NCBI GenBank assembly: GCA_965230445.1
Contig: OZ246005.1
Span: 866,233 to 930,232, forward strand
DNA length: 64,000 nt
Direction: 5' to 3'
DNA from: Roseibium sp.
Lineage (GTDB): Bacteria; Pseudomonadota; Alphaproteobacteria; Rhizobiales; Stappiaceae
The position numbers and the translations under genes were made by a program. Shown here piece by piece: positions 56,879 to 64,000 of this stretch (its first letter is position 1; each line of letters begins with the position of its first letter). The notes below the pieces were generated by a model. The model ran no database searches. It was not told the DNA's origin and worked only from the letters and a program-made list of their open reading frames with translations.

Positions 56879-58158
56879 GGAGACATAGGTAACAGTTTGT
56901 ACCGGAGACATGGGTTACAACCTCGTGCCGAACGGGTTGTCGATTGTCTGTAATGTTTTCTGCTCCAGGTCGATGTATCCCAGATCATAGCGCATAAAGC
57001 TGATCAGCCAAATTCCATCCTCCACTTCTTTTATGCCGAGTTTCTGACCGGCCAGCACGGTCGAGACGTTGATCTTCTTGCGATGCATGCAGATCCGGCC
57101 GCAGGCGGTGACCAGGGCGTCCTTGTCGTGAAAGGGATAGTCCAGGTCCGGCAGGCCCTGGTATGACCTTGCTGAGGGCGTGTAGACCTCACCTGGGGTC
57201 TTCATAGCGAGCGCTTCGTGAGGCCGCTCCTCATTGAATTCCTTGACGAAAACGTCGAATTTGGCCTGCTGCTGCAGGCTGTTCATCCCCGGAGGCCGGG
57301 TGGCTTCCTTCTTCAGGGTCAGATGCATGCGCTCGTGCCGTCCGTTCTGCTGCGGATGGCCGGGTTTGATGCGCTCAATCCCGATACCAAGGCGCAGCCA
57401 CCACACTGAGAGCTTCGACAGATTGTAGAGCCCGTTCGGCGAGGCGAAAGGCAAGCCATTGTCGGTACGGATCGCAGTGGGCAGTCCACGCTCTTTGAAC
57501 AGGGCGAGGAAGGCCTCTATGACCGGTTTTTCCTTTGTCGAGTCAAAGGCCTCGCAGCTCAGAAGATAGCGGGACGCGTGGTCGGTGACTGTCAAAGGGT
57601 AACAGTAGGCCCGGTTGCCGAGCTTGAACTCGCCCTTGAAGTCAGCGGCCCAAAGATCGTTAGGGGCAAGTCCGGCCGACAGAGGCGTTCCTGCGGCCTT
57701 GTTGGCGCGCCGCCTTTTGCGGGCTCTGCTGACAAGGCCGTACCGGTCTAGAACCGCATGCACGGTGCTTTGTGCCGGGATGCGAACATCGCCGGCCAGC
57801 TTCCTGACAAGCACTTCCCGGATCTTGCGTGCGCCCCAGTGCGGCTTGTCTTTCCGTGTCGCGACGATCAGCCGTTCCACCTGCTCGGGAAGCTGGTTGG
57901 CATAGCGCACCGGGCGGCGCGAGCGGTCGCACAACGCTTCCATCCCGTCGCGCTGATATCGGTTCCAGATCTTGTAACCGGTCTTGCGCGAGATCGCGAA
58001 CTCACGACAAACCAAGCTCATGCCTTCGCCGTCCAGCAAACGGGCGATAAAGCGTAGACGTTCCTCCATAACGGACACCTCTTGCCACGGCATCGACACC
58101 TCCCGAAAGACGGAAAGTGTTACCAATGTGTCCGGAACGTTCTGTCACCTATGTCTCA
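56879..58158 (-). mobile_element. IS481-family insertion sequence, 20 bp downstream of the tRNA
   Basis: About 45-bp imperfect TIRs: GAGACATAGGTAACAG...CCGGAGACATGGGTTACAAC on the left, and the reverse complement of GTTACCAATGTGTCCGG...CTGTCACCTATGTCTC on the right. I could not identify a clear target-site duplication. Confidence 0.75.
56915..58093 (-). CDS. IS481-family transposase (HTH plus rve integrase core)
   Basis: [16 protein letters not shown] is a typical IS481-group N-terminus. DDE region: WAADFK ... IRTDNG ... [13 protein letters not shown] at 58093 preferred over the listed start at 58126. Confidence 0.85.
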   Translation of the reverse strand: MPWQEVSVMEERLRFIARLLDGEGMSLVCREFAISRKTGYKIWNRYQRDGMEALCDRSRRPVRYANQLPEQVERLIVATRKDKPHWGARKIREVLVRKLAGDVRIPAQSTVHAVLDRYGLVSRARKRRRANKAAGTPLSAGLAPNDLWAADFKGEFKLGNRAYCYPLTVTDHASRYLLSCEAFDSTKEKPVIEAFLALFKERGLPTAIRTDNGLPFASPNGLYNLSKLSVWWLRLGIGIERIKPGHPQQNGRHERMHLTLKKEATRPPGMNSLQQQAKFDVFVKEFNEERPHEALAMKTPGEVYTPSARSYQGLPDLDYPFHDKDALVTACGRICMHRKKINVSTVLAGQKLGIKEVEDGIWLISFMRYDLGYIDLEQKTLQTIDNPFGTRL

Positions 58159-58205
58159 GGTCGGGCATTTAGCGATCTAAACTAACGTCCGGTACCACAT
58201 TGACT

Positions 58206-58757
58206 TTACCGGGTCATCGCCAGAACTGAGAGCTTCAGCTCTGACAGAAAAGCCACAAGTTCTAGTCGGCTTGGGCTTTGAAGTTTGGCCTGCGTGGTGG
58301 CGGTTACAATGAAGCTGGCGTAACGGTCCGCTGTTGTGCCCTTCAGATCGCAGGAAGCTAGAGCCTCTTTCACGAGAGCCATTTCCCATGCTGTGGTTTC
58401 CCGAATGGCGTCTTCACTGGCTTCGCCAGTTGTGTTGTGGAAAGCCGCAGCGTCGGGCGCATTGTGCAATACATCGTAAACTGCGATGACCAGCAGATCA
58501 AAAAACCGGTCGAGCTTGTCCCCCAGATCGTCGATACCAATCCACGACTCCCGAACCGCCTCAACCGCCGCACCTTTGGTCAGCCGGATCACCGCTGCCA
58601 GTGCCGCGTCCTTGTTGCGAAATGTGGCGTAGAGCGTGGGCTTCGATACGCCGGCCTCGGCGGCGATTTCCTCCATTGTTGCCTTGCGCGGCCCATAGCG
58701 GTTGAACACCGCCATTGCGGCGGCTGCAAATCTCTGTTCGATCTCGGTCATTTCCAT
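58206..58757 (-). CDS. TetR/AcrR-family transcriptional regulator
   Basis: N-terminal HTH ATMEEIAAEAGVSKPTLYATFRNKD. Confidence 0.85.
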   Translation of the reverse strand: MEMTEIEQRFAAAAMAVFNRYGPRKATMEEIAAEAGVSKPTLYATFRNKDAALAAVIRLTKGAAVEAVRESWIGIDDLGDKLDRFFDLLVIAVYDVLHNAPDAAAFHNTTGEASEDAIRETTAWEMALVKEALASCDLKGTTADRYASFIVTATTQAKLQSPSRLELVAFLSELKLSVLAMTR

Positions 58758-58900
58758 ATTGACGATTAACGTGCATTCGTTAAGTTACAAGTTAACGACA
58801 TTCATAAACTCGTAAAGTGATGGGCGCAATGATGAACCGCGTCGATCCACGGTTACCGGTGACAACATAGCACTCAAGAAGCAATCGAAAGGAAGGGTCC

Positions 58901-59836
58901 ATGAGTTCAGAATTCAACCCCGGCAAGAACCTCGTTCAATTTGACAGCGAAGGACACAAGGTCGCGGCACATCTGTATCTTCCGGATAACCATGCCGCCG
59001 GCAATAAATACCCTGCGGCCGTCGTGACCCCGCCGGTCACCGGTGTCAAAGAGCAGACTGGCGGAATTTATGCGCAAGCCTTGGCAAAGCGGGGCTTTGC
59101 GGCATTGGTCTTTGATCCGCGCGGCTGGGGCGAAAGTGAAGGCAAGACCGGCTACCTTATCCCGGAATGGTTCGTGAGAGACGTGCGCAATGCCGTAGAC
59201 TTCCTTCGCACGCTGGACGTGACCGACACAAACAACCTGTTCAACGCTGGTGTTTGCATGGGGTCAGGCTGGGCGATGTATGAGACCGCCTTTGACACCC
59301 GCATCAACGCGGTGGCCATGATCAGCCCCTATTTCATCGAACTGGATACACCGCTGAGTATCCTTGGCGCCGAAGGATACCGCAATATGGTCGTCAAGGG
59401 GTTGACCGACGCGGCGCAGGCGCGCTTTGACACCGGCGAAGAGATTTATATCAAGCCTGTCCCGGAAACCGAGGAAGAAATCGCCGCCGCGCCCGAACCC
59501 CTTTATGTCGGCATGCGCGATTATTATCTGGCGGGCAAACCCGGCGACACGCCGACATGGAAAAACCAGGTGGCGGCCAACAGCCAGTATTCGCTGTATG
59601 GGTTCTCGATCTTCAACTATACCAAGCTGTTCGATCCGATCCCGATGTATCTGGCTTACGGCGGCGAAGCAGTCTCGAACCCGGGCGCGATCCGCTTTGC
59701 AGAAGAGGCCAAACCCGAAAAGGTTACAGTGATCGAAGGCGCAGGCCATTTCGACCTGTATTGGAGGCCCGAGCACGTTGAAAAGATCTCGGATGAAGTC
59801 GCCGGGTTCTTCCGGGCTCACATGCAAGAAGCCTAA
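58901..59836 (+). CDS. Alpha/beta hydrolase (dienelactone-hydrolase-like, Cys-type nucleophile elbow)
   Basis: GVCMGSG elbow, FDPRGWGESEG, C-terminal GAGHFDLY. Divergent from the TetR gene. Confidence 0.65.
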   Translation: MSSEFNPGKNLVQFDSEGHKVAAHLYLPDNHAAGNKYPAAVVTPPVTGVKEQTGGIYAQALAKRGFAALVFDPRGWGESEGKTGYLIPEWFVRDVRNAVDFLRTLDVTDTNNLFNAGVCMGSGWAMYETAFDTRINAVAMISPYFIELDTPLSILGAEGYRNMVVKGLTDAAQARFDTGEEIYIKPVPETEEEIAAAPEPLYVGMRDYYLAGKPGDTPTWKNQVAANSQYSLYGFSIFNYTKLFDPIPMYLAYGGEAVSNPGAIRFAEEAKPEKVTVIEGAGHFDLYWRPEHVEKISDEVAGFFRAHMQEA

Positions 59837-60138
59837 GTACAGACCTATTCGGTTCTCGCAAGACCTGCCCTGAGTTGCGCCTCGGCAACGAGCCGTAACT
59901 CAGGGCTCATATTTGGTGTGGACAATGCTGCTCATCCGGTGAGCCCGACTTGGTTGACCGGAGGGCTCTTTCGGGATGCAAAATCAATCGATTGGTGTCA
60001 CCTTGGCTTGCAGCAAAACCGCCATTGGCGCAAGCGCAGCGAAATCCCGCTTTGTCCGATTAGCTGCCAATTGAGCTGCTGACCTGAGGCCAGATCCTCA
60101 TCCGGTTTGGCGCGGCGTCCGTTGGTTGATTTTTGACC

Positions 60139-60511
60139 TCATGCGGCCCGAGTTTGCAATTCTGTTTTCAACGCGAATTCGTAAGGCGTGAGATTGCCCA
60201 TGGATGGACATGATCTGTTATTGGCTTGCGCCTTCCTGGGCCAGGAAGTTTCCAGTTGCTTTTCTGATCCAGTGGCTGGAGAGGTTTGAAAGGCCGGCGT
60301 CATTGGTCCATTTGCGGAACCTGCACCCCTCTCCCAGCAGATTGGTATTAGTGGTTTTCTCGATTTTAGCAGACCACTGATGAAGAGGCATTTTAGCGAA
60401 GAACAAATAATCGGGATTTTGTCGGTGCACGAAACGGGCGTTTCCATGGCCTGCGGTGCGGGGGCACAGGGTTTTGTTCAAGATCGCGCCGCCAGGGCGC
60501 ATGATTTATAG
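60139..60511. pseudogene. Two decayed IS3-family fragments on opposite strands
   Basis: The minus strand at 60139..~60330 ends ...NNRSCPSMGNLTPYEFALK (degenerate OrfB rve C-terminus, normally YN..RPHS.LG.LTP.EF). The plus strand at 60380..60511 reads MKRHFSEEQIIGILSVHETGVSMA..., an OrfA HTH N-terminus that then stops. Confidence 0.55.
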
Positions 60512-60759
60512 AAGCGTAGAGTTGCCATCTCAGGTTGATGTTTTGAAATGAGAAACGCCTGGAATCGGCAGGCGCAGCAAAATTGCATTCCCCATACTGA
60601 GCAAAACTTGATTCTGAATGTCGCGGACTGCGATTTGTTTAGGCGGCGCTTGATAATTTATGGCGAGATCAATAGACAAAATAGACGATCAAGTGTTTTA
60701 GACTTTTTTGTCCGACGCTATTGTACTCATTCAAGCTGGCAGTGTGGGGCCGCTCAGCC

Positions 60760-61515
60760 ATGATCAGTGACACTTTTCAAACGGCCATTCGGCTCTTTGA
60801 AACATGCAGCGACGCACCATCCTTGATCGGGGCATTTTGTGCCGAGATCGAGCAATTCGGCTGCATTGGCTTCGTCGCGGCTGACTTTTCCTATGAAGAC
60901 AGATCCGACCTGCTTCTCTACACATCCATGCCGGACGTGTTTACGCCGCTTGATGGCGATTCTCCCTGGTGGTCTGATGATCCGGTGGTTGCGCGGTTGT
61001 CGCAAGGCGAGCGCTTGCCATTTGACGTAGAGGAGGCCTGGGCCAATCCCTTGCCGTCTGCCGCGCCGCGCTGGGAAATCCTGACTGAGATGCGGCTTCA
61101 CCGCGGATGGGTGTTTCCGACATCCAAGCCGGGCTTTATTGGCGGCGTTCATGTGATTGCGGATCCGGACAAGTACAGGATGCTGCCTGCAAACTTGTCG
61201 ACCGTGCATCTTCTGGCGACTTACTTTCATTCCTATCTCATCAGCATGGACCCGGATCCGGACAACCAGGGGGTCGTCCGCAACACGCTTTATCACCGCC
61301 CCAACACGGACCGGCGGGCCAAGCTGTCGCCGCGCGAGATCGAATGTCTCAGATGGGCTGCTTTCGGAAAGACGGCCGATGAAATCGCCGATATCGAAGA
61401 CATCAGCGTTCACACCGTTCGCCAGTATTTCAAGACCGGCATCACCAAGCTGAATGCCCGCAATCAGACCCAGGCGGTGGCGCGCGCTTTGAAGTACGGA
61501 CTGTTTCGCGTTTAG
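60760..61515 (+). CDS. LuxR-family regulator (autoinducer-binding-like N-domain plus GerE HTH), no luxI nearby
   Basis: C-terminal LSPREIECLRWAAFGKTADEIADIEDISVHTVRQYFKTGITKLNARNQTQAV. The N-domain of about 170 aa has a W/Y/D pattern reminiscent of AHL receptors. Start set at the ATG at 60760. Confidence 0.75.
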   Translation: MISDTFQTAIRLFETCSDAPSLIGAFCAEIEQFGCIGFVAADFSYEDRSDLLLYTSMPDVFTPLDGDSPWWSDDPVVARLSQGERLPFDVEEAWANPLPSAAPRWEILTEMRLHRGWVFPTSKPGFIGGVHVIADPDKYRMLPANLSTVHLLATYFHSYLISMDPDPDNQGVVRNTLYHRPNTDRRAKLSPREIECLRWAAFGKTADEIADIEDISVHTVRQYFKTGITKLNARNQTQAVARALKYGLFRV

Positions 61516-62432
61516 AGTGCGGCGAGTGCGGCAAGCGCCCGGTCCAGGACAGAATCACTGTTCCGGTCCATCATCATCATGTGGCTGTTGCCGGGGCCGA
61601 AAGTGTCCGGGTCCAGCAGGCACAAGGGTTCGGAGTTTTCCTGCGCGGTTCTGGCGAGACGGCGCCAAAGGCTTTCACGCTGTTTCGAATGCTCGCTGGT
61701 ATCAAGATAGTCGCCGATACACAAAACGGCCGGTGTTTGGCCGAGCCTCGAAGCCGGATCCGGCTGCGCCGAGGGCTCAACGGCGATGATAGAATGAAAG
61801 AGTTGCGGCGCCTTCGCGTGTGCATCGAAAGTCAGCTCGCCCCCCTGGCTGTGACAGATTACAATTGCCGGGCCCTTGCGCTCCAGAACAGCAATGAGCG
61901 CCGAAACTTGCAGCGCTGTAGTCGATATCCATCGCGGAGCGAAACAGCGAGCGAATGTTTCCAGGTGCGCGACCGGAAAAAGTTGTCCGGGAAACGGAGT
62001 GCGGGATGCGAAACCTTCTGCGACGCCGATCCGGAACAGGGTCCAGGCCTCGTCGAGGGTGCGCAGCATCGGTTTGCCCGGCCAAAGATCCGGAATGAAC
62101 CCGGCCCGGCCGCGTTCGGCATTGTCGACGACATGAACCTCATAGCCCTTCGCCAGAAGCCTGTGCAGCCATCCGGGCCTTCCGTCCGGTGTGGTTTCCC
62201 AGCAGGAGCCGGACATTCCGCCACCGTGAACAAGCACGACCGGCGGGCCGGGGCGGCGGTCTTCCGGGACGAAGTACTGCACATAAGCGTGCTCGATTGC
62301 ATAGAGGCCGCGGGGGTCGACTTCGAAAGAGACCGTGCGCGTGAAATTCACCTCATAGGGGACCCCTTCCGTAACCTCATGCAGCCGGCCACCGGCCGTG
62401 TAGGACCCGAAATCCCGCAAGCGGTAAACCAA
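61512..62432 (-). CDS. Alpha/beta hydrolase
   Basis: VLVHGGGMSG oxyanion region and nucleophile elbow CHSQGG. Confidence 0.7.
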   Translation of the reverse strand: MVYRLRDFGSYTAGGRLHEVTEGVPYEVNFTRTVSFEVDPRGLYAIEHAYVQYFVPEDRRPGPPVVLVHGGGMSGSCWETTPDGRPGWLHRLLAKGYEVHVVDNAERGRAGFIPDLWPGKPMLRTLDEAWTLFRIGVAEGFASRTPFPGQLFPVAHLETFARCFAPRWISTTALQVSALIAVLERKGPAIVICHSQGGELTFDAHAKAPQLFHSIIAVEPSAQPDPASRLGQTPAVLCIGDYLDTSEHSKQRESLWRRLARTAQENSEPLCLLDPDTFGPGNSHMMMMDRNSDSVLDRALAALAAL

Positions 62433-62449
62433 CCGATCGTCTCCATTTC

Positions 62450-62486
62450 CAAAAGCAAAGAAGACCCCGCCCCGGAAGGGGCGGGG
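62450..62486 (-). terminator. Rho-independent terminator after the TRAP binding-protein gene
   Basis: On the minus strand: CCCCGCCCC-TTCC-GGGGCGGGG followed by TCTTCTTTGCTTTT. Confidence 0.7.
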
Positions 62487-62495
62487 CGGTTTGGA

Positions 62496-63515
62496 TCAAT
62501 TCAGGTCGGAAAGGGCCTGATACTCGCTATAGGCGGCCGCATAGGTGCGGTAGCTGTCGATGACCTTCTTGAACATCGGGTCTTCGGCGGATTTTTCCGC
62601 ATAGACTTCTTCCGCAGCGGCCCTGAGGGCCTGCATGACACTGTCCGGAAAGCGTTTTACGTCGACGCCATTGCCGCGGAACTCCTCCAGGATTGCGCTC
62701 TGTGCGCCTGCGGCCATTCCCATGGCAAAAAGGTTGGCGTCCGAACACGACACTTCGATTGCGGTGCGCTGGGCATCGCTGAGCGCATCCCATTTATCCT
62801 TGTTCATGTAGAACTCGATAAAGCCGGCCGGCTGGTGCCAGCCCGGGAAGTAGTAGTTCTTGGCGACCTTGTCGAAACCCAGCAGTTTGTCGACCAGCGG
62901 GAAACTCAGTTCGGTTGCGTCAAGGCGCCCGGTTTCCAGCGAGGTGGAGATTTCACCGGCCGGCAAGGACATGGCATTTGCGCCGAGCTTGCTCAATATG
63001 GCCCCGCCCAGTCCGCCAATCCGGATGTTGAGGCCCTGAAGATCTTGCGGAGAATTGATTTCCTTGGTGTACCAGCCGCCGGCTTCGGACAGGATTACGC
63101 CGCAGGCCATCGGCACCAGGTTGTACGGTGCGTAGATTTCACGCCAAAGCTCAAGTCCGCCGCCATGATGCAGCCAGCTGATATAGGACAGCGGATCACC
63201 GCCGAAGGGCACCGAGCCGAACAGCGCCGCAGCCGGTTCCTTGCCTGACGCATAGGCAGCGAAAGACCAGCCTGCATCCAGCGCTCCAACGCTGACATTG
63301 TCGAAAATCTCGAAGGGCGGCGAGAGCTCGCCTGCCTTGTGATAGTTGAATTCCACTTCGCCGCCGGTCAAGGCGGCAACATTGGCAACGAACCGCTCGG
63401 CGGTTGGATGCAGAACCGGCAAACCGCCGAAAGCGCTTTGTAGCGTATAGCTATCGGCAGCGGCACTGCCGGTGGTCAGTGCGGCCACTGCGGCCGCGAT
63501 CAGGGTCTTTTTCAT
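62496..63515 (-). CDS. TRAP transporter substrate-binding protein (DctP family)
   Basis: Signal peptide MKKTLIAAAVAALTTGSAAA and DctP-like fold motifs. Adjacent to a DctM-type permease. Confidence 0.85.
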   Translation of the reverse strand: MKKTLIAAAVAALTTGSAAADSYTLQSAFGGLPVLHPTAERFVANVAALTGGEVEFNYHKAGELSPPFEIFDNVSVGALDAGWSFAAYASGKEPAAALFGSVPFGGDPLSYISWLHHGGGLELWREIYAPYNLVPMACGVILSEAGGWYTKEINSPQDLQGLNIRIGGLGGAILSKLGANAMSLPAGEISTSLETGRLDATELSFPLVDKLLGFDKVAKNYYFPGWHQPAGFIEFYMNKDKWDALSDAQRTAIEVSCSDANLFAMGMAAGAQSAILEEFRGNGVDVKRFPDSVMQALRAAAEEVYAEKSAEDPMFKKVIDSYRTYAAAYSEYQALSDLN

Positions 63516-63531
63516 CAGTTTCCTCCCAGTT

Positions 63532-64000
63532 TTAGATGAATCCGGTGATCAGTCCGGGGAATAGGATCAAAAGCACCAGCACCAGCAATTGCAGCGCGAT
63601 GAAAGGCAAGACGCCGCGGTAGATTTCCGGGGTGCTGATTGCATTGCCGACCGCCCCGCGTAAGTAAAACAGCGAGAAGCCGAAGGGCGGTGTCAGGAAC
63701 GAGGTCTGCAGGTTGACGGCGACCAGAATGCCGAACCAGACAAGCAGGGCTTCTCCTGCGAGGCCGTTGCCAAAATCGAGACCTGTCACGATCGGCGCGA
63801 AGATCGGTAACAGGATCAGCGTGATTTCCAGCCAGTCGAGAACAAACCCCAACAGGAAAATCGCAGCCATGACCACGGCCAGAACCGTGTAGGGGTCGTT
63901 TCCGAAGGCCGTTATTGCTGTTTCGACCATATCGTCGCCGCCAATCGCCTTGAACACGGCGGAAAAACACGTCGCACCCAGAATGACGAACAGCACGAGC
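63532..64000 (-). CDS. TRAP transporter large permease (DctM-like), C-terminal part; 5' end lies beyond the window
   Basis: The ORF is open to the window end. C-terminal TM helices carry the LQTSFLTPPFGFSLFYL motif typical of DctM. Confidence 0.8.
   Translation of the reverse strand, partial: LVLFVILGATCFSAVFKAIGGDDMVETAITAFGNDPYTVLAVVMAAIFLLGFVLDWLEITLILLPIFAPIVTGLDFGNGLAGEALLVWFGILVAVNLQTSFLTPPFGFSLFYLRGAVGNAISTPEIYRGVLPFIALQLLVLVLLILFPGLITGFI

Noticed and set aside
61581-63248. 555-aa ORF on the plus strand, the longest unexplained ORF
   Set aside because: It spans, in antisense, two independent well-supported minus-strand genes (the alpha/beta hydrolase and DctP) and the terminator between them. 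It is a shadow ORF.

Overview
High-GC alphaproteobacterial-type DNA; the taxon is inferred only from gene content and repeat types. The window is mostly ordinary chromosomal or chromid genes. Left to right: a GntR regulator and a mannitol-dehydrogenase-family gene; a Liv-type ABC importer, a GlxA/GbdR-like regulator and soxBDAG sarcosine oxidase; minCDE; a GGDEF protein and an HD protein; prfC; a NIT-domain chemoreceptor; fabI next to a DUF3141 protein; a NitT/TauT-type ABC importer; a DUF2157/GDYXXLXY membrane pair; rRNA-modification genes; a gamma-butyrobetaine-hydroxylase-like dioxygenase; speD-speE; a tRNA(CAU); a LuxR solo; and a TRAP transporter. I found no rRNA, no CRISPR array, and no recognisable multi-gene defence or secretion system.

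The unusual part is non-coding and mobile DNA:
- A ~374-bp MITE-like element occurs five times. Its ends resemble those of an adjacent two-ORF IS5-family element.
- An IS110/IS1111-type element sits exactly inside one copy of a 26-28-bp motif that recurs four times. It has a 252-nt non-coding tail that could encode a bridge RNA.
- A gene-free stretch of about 2.2 kb consists of nested REP-like and tandem repeats.
- A DUF559 endonuclease gene is bracketed by 105-bp direct repeats.
- An IS481-type element lies 20 bp downstream of the tRNA.

Solitary accessory genes that may deserve follow-up are a GSU2403-like nucleotidyltransferase-fold protein, an EEP nuclease in an AT-richer islet, an Aca2/YdiL-like HTH protein and an orphan ParA. 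CDS coordinates follow the supplied ORF track, with starts refined where noted. Repeat and IS boundaries were read by eye and may be off by 1-2 bp.
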